A model generated the notes under the pieces. The model had not been told where the DNA came from. It made no database searches and saw only the letters and a program-made list of their open reading frames with translations. Below are positions 1 through 7,404 of a stretch of 12,860 nt of DNA, piece by piece. The stretch covers positions 1 through 12,860 of IMG/VR virus record IMGVR_UViG_2737471837_000008. One strand, given 5' to 3'. Source of the DNA: a virus. Its lineage: Duplodnaviria; Heunggongvirae; Uroviricota; Caudoviricetes. Position numbers and translations under genes: made by a program. Position 1 is the first letter of the stretch. Each line of letters opens with the position of its first letter.

Positions 1-180
1 TCACCGTCGCGGCCTGTCCGGTTTCTTCCACTGATACGGCCTCACATCATCCTGCTGGTGGCGTTCCTGTTGCAGCACAACGGAAACAGGCGCTGAACAC
101 CTGTTAATTTTGCTTGCTGGTTGTTTGATTTCGGCAATGCTGCGGATCATCTCCAGCATATCGGCTTCGGTGATGGTCAT
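1..180 (-). CDS. hypothetical small protein (59 aa, MTITEADMLEMIRSIAEIKQ...)
   Basis: ATG at 178-180 preceded by AAGGTG about 7 nt upstream; stop TGA at 1-3. Below the ORF-track size cutoff. No recognisable family. Confidence 0.3.
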   Translation of the reverse strand: MTITEADMLEMIRSIAEIKQPASKINRCSAPVSVVLQQERHQQDDVRPYQWKKPDRPRR

Positions 181-204
181 GATTTACACCTTAGGAAATC
201 TTAG

Positions 205-480
205 GGGCTGGTTGACACTTTCCGGCTTAAGACCTTAACAAATCTTAACATCGCAGGTTGACACACTTGACACTTTTTCGCGAAAAACCTTATCAAACCT
301 TAGCATTTCTAAGCATGGCAACTTGACACTTTTCGCGATTTTTTCGGCTTTTTGACGTGGTAAATCTGGCGCAAAGCCAGTAACGGCGGGGTTTACAGCG
401 AGGTTGACACTTTTTCGCGTTCAGAGTGTAAAGTGTCAACCCGGCAGACGGCCTGACTTGACACTTTTCGCGAATTTTAC
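205..480. repeat. iteron array: four copies of TTGACAC-TTTT(T)CGCG plus partial and inverted copies
   Basis: Full units at 267-283, 323-338, 404-419, 458-473; half-sites GGTTGACAC at 211-218 and 257-264; inverted GTGTCAA at 433-439 facing TTGACAC at 458-464. Second motif CCTTAACAAATCTTAACA / CCTTATCAAACCTTAGCA at 233-250 and 289-304. Lies directly 3' of the winged-HTH gene. Confidence 0.6.
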
Positions 481-485
481 GGTCA

Positions 486-1010
486 TTAATGGGATGATTT
501 TTCCCACTCAGCCAGGGCGTTTAGTCCGGCTTCACTCCAGTTATCCAGCTCATCGGGACAATCACCTGCAACATAGCAGAGCTCACAACGCAGCATACGA
601 ATTGCCAGCCTGGCATTTTCCCGAAAATCATACTGCTCAAAGTAATATTGCCCAGCATAATCCTCAAGGCAGATAGCACCATCATCAAGAAATTGCACTT
701 CACAGCATAATTCCCCGGCTGCATCCTGCACACGCTGCTGTATGTCATCGTCCGTTACTGGTGCAGGGATTTTACCGTCTCTGGCCTTAACTGCTTTCCA
801 GAACTCGCCCCACGTCATTTCCAGCGTTCTTTCTGGCCACATTTCAGAAACGGTGTCTTTCCCCTGTGCTGGTGGGCTGTTCCGCTGCTCTGTCGCCTCC
901 ACATCAATTTTTTTGCCAGACATGATCACTTCGCCTTTCTCGATCCAGTCGTAAACTGTCTGGCGGCTTACGCCTTTGTGTTTAGCATATTCTGCTTTAC
1001 TCATTAGCAT
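486..1010 (-). CDS. MerR/Nu1-type winged-HTH DNA-binding protein with C-terminal Cys cluster; candidate TerS-like / packaging-redirection (Rpp-like) or excisionase-like protein
   Basis: N-terminus MSKAEYAKHKGVSRQTVYDWIEKGEV matches the excisionase/Nu1 HTH pattern; six Cys between residues 102 and 151 (C-x2-C-x5-C at 142-151). ATG at 1008-1010 with GAGAGGG 5 nt upstream. Function inferred, not demonstrated. Confidence 0.6.
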   Translation of the reverse strand: MLMSKAEYAKHKGVSRQTVYDWIEKGEVIMSGKKIDVEATEQRNSPPAQGKDTVSEMWPERTLEMTWGEFWKAVKARDGKIPAPVTDDDIQQRVQDAAGELCCEVQFLDDGAICLEDYAGQYYFEQYDFRENARLAIRMLRCELCYVAGDCPDELDNWSEAGLNALAEWEKSSH

Positions 1011-1019
1011 ATTGCCCTC

Positions 1020-2057
1020 TCATGAAATAACGTTGTGTGCTGTCTGCCCCTGTGACTTCAGCTTGTTTTCAGCATATGCCTCGAACACCGTCACCCACGC
1101 ATCACCATCGGCAGTAAGATACGCTCCGATGTGGCGAACGGACTTAACCAGAAATTTTCCGGTGAACGTGGTCGAGTTTTTGGAGATAACACTGGGCGCT
1201 GTAGTATTAGTCATGAGGATCGACGATGCTCCTGAAAACATTCCCTGAGGCAGTTCGATCACATCACTACACCGTATATCTCCCCGCAACGGGCATTTAA
1301 AACTGACGGTAAAAGGCTTTATCCATGTTGGTTGGCCTATTAATTCATAAGGTTCAATTTTCTTTATTTTCCCCAGTTCCAGTGATGAATTATCATAAAG
1401 ACGAATGCGATCTGGTAACATAATAATGCCTACCCCGCTATATCCTTTCTGACGAATAATCGCTTTCGATAAACTTCGCACAGCCATAGCCAGCGAACCT
1501 ATATCAAGGTAAACCAGTGGAATATCTTCAGGTAAAACCAGGTTATCACTGACCGAGGATTCAATAATTTTATCTGGATACGCCTGTTTCAAAACACGCG
1601 ATAACACGTCTCCTAATTTTTCTCCCTGAAATCCAGTACCGCTAAATCTCACAGGAGAACCATCTTCTTTTTTTCTATAAACGGGGTTAACAACCAGATT
1701 CAACGTCTGGTTGGTGCCAATCCAGTTAGCATAAGCCATATAGACTTCACCATAGATAATCTCTCCCTGTTGATCTGGATTAGCCAAAGGAAGTCCAGAA
1801 GCAAAGCCAGCAGTTAAGCTAACAATGCATCCGTTGAGATTTACACTTTGCTGTAACATCTCAATAGGTAAGCCATAAATTGTCAGCATCGTTCCGGAAC
1901 CAACAACATCCAGGCCGGTTACTTCAAAGTCAAATTCAACATGCAACCCACATCCTGGTGTTTCACTGGTATCAAAAGGCCCAATGGGGTTCCCATTGCT
2001 ATCCACTGGCGGCTTACCAGTTTTAGGGTTAATAATTTCCAGTCGGTAATAACGCAT
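1020..2057 (-). CDS. hypothetical protein, 345 aa, beta-rich, no recognised family
   Basis: Long ORF with protein-like composition; ATG at 2055-2057 overlaps the upstream stop (TAATG); 9-nt gap to the downstream winged-HTH gene. Confidence 0.7.
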   Translation of the reverse strand: MRYYRLEIINPKTGKPPVDSNGNPIGPFDTSETPGCGLHVEFDFEVTGLDVVGSGTMLTIYGLPIEMLQQSVNLNGCIVSLTAGFASGLPLANPDQQGEIIYGEVYMAYANWIGTNQTLNLVVNPVYRKKEDGSPVRFSGTGFQGEKLGDVLSRVLKQAYPDKIIESSVSDNLVLPEDIPLVYLDIGSLAMAVRSLSKAIIRQKGYSGVGIIMLPDRIRLYDNSSLELGKIKKIEPYELIGQPTWIKPFTVSFKCPLRGDIRCSDVIELPQGMFSGASSILMTNTTAPSVISKNSTTFTGKFLVKSVRHIGAYLTADGDAWVTVFEAYAENKLKSQGQTAHNVIS

Positions 2058-2392
2058 TAGTAAACCTCGAACTGATTAGTACTTTCACGAAAAATGAGCT
2101 TTCCCGGAGCAAATGGAAGTGCCAGATTGATGTCGTAACCATCAGGGGAAGCAATCAGAGGCGTGTATACAATGACCTCACCAGAACTGTTTTTCAGTTC
2201 CAGATAATAGCGATTCGCATACAGATTGAACGGAACACGGGCAAATAAAATTTCCCCTCCCATCCTGAATTTAAATTTGAAAGGTTTTTCCCCATCAGGT
2301 TTGAATGGTATAAAAGTATTCATACTCCAGACTCCTGCACAATTTGATTCTTGATACCTGACAATGATTGCCACTAAATTATTTAGTGGCAT
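2057..2392 (-). CDS. hypothetical protein, 111 aa (or 88 aa from internal ATG)
   Basis: ATG at 2390-2392, 7 nt after the stop of the 223-aa gene; alternative start at MNTFIPF with AGGAG upstream. Beta-rich; no recognised family. Confidence 0.55.
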   Translation of the reverse strand: MPLNNLVAIIVRYQESNCAGVWSMNTFIPFKPDGEKPFKFKFRMGGEILFARVPFNLYANRYYLELKNSSGEVIVYTPLIASPDGYDINLALPFAPGKLIFRESTNQFEVY

Positions 2393-2399
2393 GATTCAC

Positions 2400-3071
2400 T
2401 CACTCTGTTTTTTCCAGTTGAGCCAGCCGCCCGGATATTTCTTCCAGTTTTTCCAGGGCTGGCTTGCAGGCCGCATCAATAACGTCCCGGACCATTCCGG
2501 CAAGCTGCTCTTCTGCTGTCGGCGTTGTTACTTCCACACCTGATGGTTTCCCGCCCTTATCCCATACGCCCAACGGCACGAGCGCAACGTGATCGATAAG
2601 AAATGGCGTACCCTCAATAAAAAAATTGTCCTCGCCCATTACATCAGGAACTTCTGCCCCACCGGACGCACCACAAAACACAACCGACGGGCTGGTGGAT
2701 ACCTCCCCCCGTGCTTTCTGGATGTAATCGATGATTTCCTGCCCGTAAATCCGGCATACGCCCCACACCTCGTCACCGCGAATATACGGCAACATAACGG
2801 TGCCAATAATGCGCGACCGTTCGCCCACGTCTTCAAGGGTTTTGCTTTCGGGATGGTCGATAATGACGGGTACTCCGGCGCAACGTTCCAGGAACTGCGG
2901 ATTGAGATAAGTTTGCGGTGAACGCCAGACAAATTCTTTTTCTTCGGCGCGGTAGGCCATGCCCGTCCCTGTAATACGCAGGTTAACCAGCCACATGTTG
3001 GAGAACTGATAAGGCGACGGTAGCTGACCGTCCCGAATCTGCTTCGCCGCCTCAATTTCTGTTAAAAGCAT
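2400..3071 (-). CDS. hypothetical protein, 223 aa, with G-A-S-G-G (GxSxG) motif; possible serine hydrolase/protease
   Basis: ORF with ATG at 3069-3071 (no obvious SD). GASGG at residues 134-138 and His73 in VIIDHPE. Enzymatic assignment is inference from the motif alone. Confidence 0.65.
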   Translation of the reverse strand: MLLTEIEAAKQIRDGQLPSPYQFSNMWLVNLRITGTGMAYRAEEKEFVWRSPQTYLNPQFLERCAGVPVIIDHPESKTLEDVGERSRIIGTVMLPYIRGDEVWGVCRIYGQEIIDYIQKARGEVSTSPSVVFCGASGGAEVPDVMGEDNFFIEGTPFLIDHVALVPLGVWDKGGKPSGVEVTTPTAEEQLAGMVRDVIDAACKPALEKLEEISGRLAQLEKTE

Positions 3072-3135
3072 AATGTTATCCGGTTATAAGCAATAAGCCC
3101 CGCCAAATCCGGCAGGGCTGAACTCAGCACGTTTT

Positions 3136-3714
3136 TCATGCCCCCGCGAGGCTTGCAGTGTTAATTTTGACCAGGCGACGGGGAGGGATTTTGAAAGCAC
3201 TAAGCCAGTTATTCGGATCCCCCTGATATTCAGTAATCCGCCGTCCGTCTTCATCCATTCTTACGGTTTTACGCAAATAGCCCGGCGTATTTTCCACAGC
3301 CCACTGAACACTGTCTTTTGCAGCCTGGTAAATCTGATCTTCCAGCACCGCCAGCGTTGCAGAATCTGAAACGGAACGAATATCCACATCACTGAATTTT
3401 TTAGCCAGCTTCTGTGCACCAATTAATGCACGCTTGCGGTAATCCATCGACTTTTCACCAGCAAACGGGGCTGGAGCGCGACGGCCCATATTGCTGTATG
3501 CGGAATCTGCTTTAGCCTGGGCTTCTGCCAGTGAGGATTCATCTTCGACTGACGCGACGATGTTTTGATTAGCGTTATCCTCTTTTATGAAATCCTGTGC
3601 GGGGATCGCATTCAGAATTTCGATAATCTCCTGCGGAGTGCTGCCCTGCGACTCTGACAGAGCGTTAACCACCTCCATCAGTTTTAATCGCAAATCTTCT
3701 TTGCTTGCTGGCAT
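3136..3714 (-). CDS. hypothetical protein, 192 aa, helical with acidic low-complexity segment
   Basis: ORF track starts at GTG 3723; the ATG at 3712-3714 (MPASKEDL...) with GAGAGGTGG upstream is the more likely start. No recognised family. Confidence 0.6.
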   Translation of the reverse strand: MPASKEDLRLKLMEVVNALSESQGSTPQEIIEILNAIPAQDFIKEDNANQNIVASVEDESSLAEAQAKADSAYSNMGRRAPAPFAGEKSMDYRKRALIGAQKLAKKFSDVDIRSVSDSATLAVLEDQIYQAAKDSVQWAVENTPGYLRKTVRMDEDGRRITEYQGDPNNWLSAFKIPPRRLVKINTASLAGA

Positions 3715-3752
3715 TTTTACCACCTCTCTTTTTCACCAAAAAATCACGACCA

Positions 3753-3932
3753 TCAGGCCGGACGTTCTACGGGATAAAGCGCCCGCTGCATTAAACGCCG
3801 GGCGACCTCATGAATGCTCGGAGCAATCCCCAGCGGAGAATTGCGGCGTTCCTCGTCCTGGATGCGCTGTAATGCTTCAATCTGATCACGAGCGAGTAAA
3901 ACGGGTTTCACGCTGGCTTTTCTCATAGTCAT
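3753..3932 (-). CDS. small protein (57-59 aa), possible RHH-like DNA-binding protein
   Basis: ORF-track start is TTG at 3950; ATGs at 3930-3932 and 3924-3926 follow AGGAG. Sequence MTMRKASVKPVLLARDQIEALQRIQ... has a strand-helix-helix pattern. First gene after the terminators. Confidence 0.45.
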   Translation of the reverse strand: MTMRKASVKPVLLARDQIEALQRIQDEERRNSPLGIAPSIHEVARRLMQRALYPVERPA

Positions 3933-4050
3933 ATCTCCTGAACAAAACAATGGTTATGATTGCATAAACTGAAATGATGATCTACATCATTGCAATTTAT
4001 GAAACAATAACGCATGATGATCGCGTTCTTCCCATTGACTTCAATCACCT

Positions 4051-4122
4051 GAAAAACAAAGCCCGCAACACTTCTGGCTGCGGGCTTTTTACTGGCACAA
4101 AAAAGCCGGGAAAAATCCCGGC
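4051..4122. terminator. tandem intrinsic terminators (one bidirectional) just 3' of the PerC-like gene
   Basis: Hairpin GCCCGCA(4061-4067)/TGCGGGC(4079-4085) flanked by A-run 4052-4060 and TTTTT 4086-4090. Second hairpin GCCGGGA(4105-4111)/CCCGGC(4117-4122) preceded by AAAAAA 4099-4104, i.e. a T-run on the minus strand. PerC-like stop is at 4128-4130. Confidence 0.6.
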
Positions 4123-4127
4123 CTCCG

Positions 4128-4415
4128 TCACTGACTGCAATTTTTCGATCCAGGGTATTTCCTGAATGCCTTACCATTGGGCTGATGTAATCCCATCCCG
4201 GCATGTGCCCGGCTGATGGTTTCGCGCATCTCCCCGAAATTATCCTGCCTTGCTGGTGGGCGTGCTGCCTTGCGGATACATTCCGCGCGACGTTTTGCCG
4301 CCTGTTCCCGTGCCTTGTCATCATTCGCCAGCATGATGACCTCAGCCCACCGCGCCGCCGCTCTCCGGTACAGACCACGCGCTTCCAGTGCTTCCGCTTT
4401 GCTGTCGTGAATCAT
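4128..4415 (-). CDS. PerC-family transcriptional regulator-like protein (95 aa)
   Basis: AEALEARGLYRRAAARWAEVIM... matches the PerC/Pch family signature as I recall it. ATG at 4413-4415 overlaps the upstream stop (ATGA); AAGGAG upstream. Confidence 0.7.
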   Translation of the reverse strand: MIHDSKAEALEARGLYRRAAARWAEVIMLANDDKAREQAAKRRAECIRKAARPPARQDNFGEMRETISRAHAGMGLHQPNGKAFRKYPGSKNCSQ

Positions 4416-4990
4416 GCGCCTGTTTTCTCCTTTGCTGCCCGGCGCTGACGTTTGCGCTTCTCATTCAGCGCCACCAGCCGCGTTTCTGCGTCCTGTTGTT
4501 CCTGTGGTGTCACCTCGCCGCACGGCTGGCCTTTCAGGTCGTAACGTGCACCACCAGCCATTAAGGCGCGGTAATAGCGCGGAGACTGCGCATAAGATGC
4601 CAGCGTCGCACGTAATGCCCCTGGCCCGAATGCCAGCCCCCTGACGGCGAGATCCTGCATCAGGTCGTCGAATATCCCCACCTTAAGCGGCTTCGGTGCT
4701 TCCCGGCTGAATAATTCAGGCCACAACTCAGTGAGGCGGTTAACGCGCCTGCGGTTTTTGCGCTGGCGTTTGGTCATATGCCGCCACGGTGTCGCCCCTG
4801 TGGGCTTCTGCTGCGCTTTCTGGTTACCGGGCATCACTTTATGCGCCGATGTGGTTTTATCCTGCTCCTGTGCCGCCTGCGTCGTTTTCTGCGGCGTGCC
4901 GTAAATGCCTTTAGGTTTTCTGTTAATGGTCAGCGTTGTCATGCTTTGCCCCATCGTTTTTACTGATTGTTTCATGCCCGGCACTTTCAT
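4412..4990 (-). CDS. FinO/ProQ-domain RNA-binding protein (RNA chaperone family)
   Basis: WPELFSREAPKPLKVGIFDDL...LRATLASYAQSPRYYRALMAGGARYDLKGQPCGEVTPQEQ aligns with the ProQ N-terminal FinO domain (PLKIGIFQDL...LRSALRLYTSSWRYL...RVDLDGNPCGELDEQ). Start uncertain (ATGs at 4990, 4975, 4954, 4942); lysine-rich N-terminal tail. Confidence 0.8.
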   Translation of the reverse strand: MKVPGMKQSVKTMGQSMTTLTINRKPKGIYGTPQKTTQAAQEQDKTTSAHKVMPGNQKAQQKPTGATPWRHMTKRQRKNRRRVNRLTELWPELFSREAPKPLKVGIFDDLMQDLAVRGLAFGPGALRATLASYAQSPRYYRALMAGGARYDLKGQPCGEVTPQEQQDAETRLVALNEKRKRQRRAAKEKTGA

Positions 4991-5282
4991 CTACCGGATA
5001 CCACGCAAATGATCCAGGTTCATCAGAAAGAATGAATTTTGTGTTTGGCAAATACATGCATTCGTAAAAACCATCTTCCTGATGATACGGTGCCATTCCA
5101 TACTCACCAGTAAGAATCGGTAATATTTCAGAATAAATTTCTGAATCACCAGAATAAAACACATCACAAATCGCCCATGCTGCAATCGGACTATACCAGT
5201 CGTTGCCATTGTCATTCCTGAATTTCGCCCACCACCCCTGAACCGCTGGCGAAATATTTTTTGGTATGGCTTCAAGAAACAT
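4923..5282 (-). CDS. hypothetical protein, 119 aa, aromatic-rich
   Basis: ATG at 5280-5282 with AGGGGG 5 nt upstream; overlapping opposite-frame ORF 4991-5332 looks like junk. No recognised family. Confidence 0.5.
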   Translation of the reverse strand: MFLEAIPKNISPAVQGWWAKFRNDNGNDWYSPIAAWAICDVFYSGDSEIYSEILPILTGEYGMAPYHQEDGFYECMYLPNTKFILSDEPGSFAWYPVDESAGHETISKNDGAKHDNADH

Positions 5283-5357
5283 ACAACCCCCTTTGCAACT
5301 CTATTTCTATATTTTCGTGATAAAAATGCCAATTATTCACACTATTCCATTTTGATT

Positions 5358-5635
5358 GTGAACAGTCGTGAATAGTTAGTGAACAGTTTTTCAATAACTG
5401 TTCACCATGTTTTTTAGTTTAAAATCATATGGTTATTTTGTTTCAGTGAACAGTTGAACAGTTACCCCCTATAGAATTTAATTTGCAGTGAAAAATGATT
5501 CACCGTTACAAGTTACAATGCGTTTTAAAAGTTTTAGCCGAAACTGTTCACGCCGTTCACTTCGTCGATGAATCCAGTAATGACGCGGCTTTTAGAGGTG
5601 AACAGTAGTGTTCAGTAGTGTTCACAACTGTTCAC
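5358..5635. repeat. replication-origin-like iteron cluster (GTGAACAG / CTGTTCAC) around AT-rich spacers
   Basis: GTGAACAG at 5358-5365, 5379-5386, 5446-5453, 5598-5605; variants at 5368-5375 and 5454-5461; CTGTTCAC at 5398-5405, 5544-5551, 5628-5635; tandem TAGTGTTCA at 5606-5625. AT-rich 5406-5445 and 5461-5490. Starts at the primase/helicase stop codon. Confidence 0.7.
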
Positions 5636-7404
5636 TTTTCATGGATTTTTGGCACAGCGGGTAACCATTCATTGGCACTATCAGCCAACTCCATGTTGTA
5701 GCGCATTCCGACATTGGTCTTTGCCTTCTTGTACTCAGCCCCATATTCTTTCATCACTTTTGGAAAATCTTTGCCAAAATTCGTTAGATTTAATGGCTTA
5801 TCGAAACCATAAGCATCCATATATGCAAGATATGCATGGTAGAGATAAATGCGAGGGGCTCTTGGATATATATTCAGGTTTCCCATGAACATTCCTACAG
5901 CTTCACCAAGTTCGACAATATGGTTACAAAAAGCATATAGCGGATCAGTATGGCGTTTTACTTCCATTGCTTCTTCACCATCACGTTGTTCGAGCAGTAA
6001 TGTTCTTGCTTTTTCGGGATCTGAAAAATTTACCAACAGCCTACGGACTATTACCGGAATTTCTGCTGCGATTTTTTTTGGTAAACATGTGTCCTTGTTT
6101 TCTTCCGCTATCGGATTATTGAACTGAAAAATAACCCTACGGCGTGAAATACCTCCCGCTCTTTCTGTAAAAACCATCGGTTTATTATTTGTTATCAAAA
6201 CAACTGAGCGTAAGACGGTGGTGTATCTTTTTTCATATTTCGGATTAATTTGCAGAGGATCCCCACCTGTTATAGCTTTAATACCATTACCTTCGCCAAA
6301 ATATTTAGGTTGGTCCGGTAAAATAATCAGACTTTTACCAACCAGTTGCTCACGTCCACCAGCATCATCTAACGCTTTCATATCACTGCCTGCGGTGTTC
6401 TGCTCACCCGCCAACATTCTGGCAATTTGAGTAAACATACTTTTACCACTTCCACCTTCGCCAGTTGCTTCAATGAATAATTGCCAGTCGTAGCGATTAG
6501 CCAAAACCATAAACAGAGCAGCACATATCCGCTTCATCTTTGATGAATCGTATCCTGCTGCATGTGACAGCCAACGATGAAAATGGGGCGCATGGTCATG
6601 AATATTTTCACCAAGCGCAGGTGGCGTATAATAAATTCCATTATGCGAAGTGATCCAGTGCTCTGGTGAATGAGGTAAAAATCTACCACTTGTTATGTCA
6701 TAAACTCCATTTTCAAAAGGTATTATGGTGTCACGCTGTTCTCTCATTACGGGTACAGATATTTTTAAAGCATCAACCGCGTTACTAATTGCCCGCTTAC
6801 TGAAATTTGTCTTATTTTTTTCGTAAATTGATACCATTTTACGACTCAACTCCATATCAGATATTTTTTTCCACACTCCAGAACAGTATGCATAAGCAAA
6901 ATTGTTACCAGGGTGAACAGCTATTTCCTCAAAGCATTCAGCCAAAAGTGAAGCCCGCTCGTTATCCGCCATTCTGGAAAGAGATATTTTGTGTTTTTTC
7001 TCAGTCCTTACTGACAGAATATCCCCGCGCTCTGCCTGTTCGCGGATCCGTTGCAGGTAGTCGCGCCAGTTCTCCGGCTCCCGGTCGGTGATACCTTTGT
7101 ATAATTTCGCATCCTGTACGCCAGCCAGCGCCAGCTTTTCAGCGATAGCATTGATCTGGATTGGTTCGATCTCCCCAGCGAGATAGACACGCGCAAAGCG
7201 GCGTTCATCGTCGACAATGCGGATATTCGCCAGGTCTGCCAGTTGCTTCGGCCCCAGGTAAACAGGTGGCACGTTATCGCCGTGTTTTCGTCCTTCGCTT
7301 TCAATCCAGTGTTGAGCATGGGCATAAGCGTCCGTCCCGGCAAAAATGATTACCTCGGTGAATTTATCCTTCGGCTGATATTTTAAATTCGGTGCGTTTT
7401 TCAC
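5632..7404 (-). CDS. P4-family primase/helicase-type replication protein (D5-like SF3 helicase domain)
   Basis: 590 aa with Walker A GEGGSGKS (GX4GKS) and the overall pattern of P4-alpha/D5-type C-terminal helicases. GTG start at 7402-7404 overlaps the upstream stop (GTGA); first ATG is about 143 codons in. Confidence 0.85.
   Translation of the reverse strand: MKNAPNLKYQPKDKFTEVIIFAGTDAYAHAQHWIESEGRKHGDNVPPVYLGPKQLADLANIRIVDDERRFARVYLAGEIEPIQINAIAEKLALAGVQDAKLYKGITDREPENWRDYLQRIREQAERGDILSVRTEKKHKISLSRMADNERASLLAECFEEIAVHPGNNFAYAYCSGVWKKISDMELSRKMVSIYEKNKTNFSKRAISNAVDALKISVPVMREQRDTIIPFENGVYDITSGRFLPHSPEHWITSHNGIYYTPPALGENIHDHAPHFHRWLSHAAGYDSSKMKRICAALFMVLANRYDWQLFIEATGEGGSGKSMFTQIARMLAGEQNTAGSDMKALDDAGGREQLVGKSLIILPDQPKYFGEGNGIKAITGGDPLQINPKYEKRYTTVLRSVVLITNNKPMVFTERAGGISRRRVIFQFNNPIAEENKDTCLPKKIAAEIPVIVRRLLVNFSDPEKARTLLLEQRDGEEAMEVKRHTDPLYAFCNHIVELGEAVGMFMGNLNIYPRAPRIYLYHAYLAYMDAYGFDKPLNLTNFGKDFPKVMKEYGAEYKKAKTNVGMRYNMELADSANEWLPAVPKIHEK

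Noticed and set aside
205-480. Possible CRISPR array, given the regularly recurring TTGACACTTTTCGCG unit
   Set aside because: Units are only ~16 bp, spacing is irregular (56, 81, 54 bp), copies occur in both orientations, and there are no cas genes; iterons or operators fit better.
404-1248. Plus-strand ORFs 404-676, 742-954, 976-1248
   Set aside because: Antisense to the winged-HTH gene or spanning the iteron region, with no SD and low-complexity translations.
2589-3055. ORFs 2589-2921 (+) and 2639-3055 (-) inside the 223-aa gene
   Set aside because: Alternative-frame or antisense ORFs with Arg/Gly-rich junk-like composition, nested in a better gene.
1020-3932. Complete capsid-forming island module (own portal and large terminase)
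   Set aside because: No ORF of portal or TerL size (over 400 aa) in this block; only the weaker scaffold/protease/capsid-like hypothesis is retained, and such genes could still lie beyond the left edge.
3929-4378. 149-aa minus-strand ORF
   Set aside because: Arg-rich alternative frame overlapping the PerC-like gene and running across the terminator hairpins.
5358-5635. Possible CRISPR array or transposon terminal repeats in the GTGAACAG cluster
   Set aside because: 8-bp units in mixed orientation around AT-rich DNA, immediately 3' of a replication gene, is an origin signature; no transposase is nearby.
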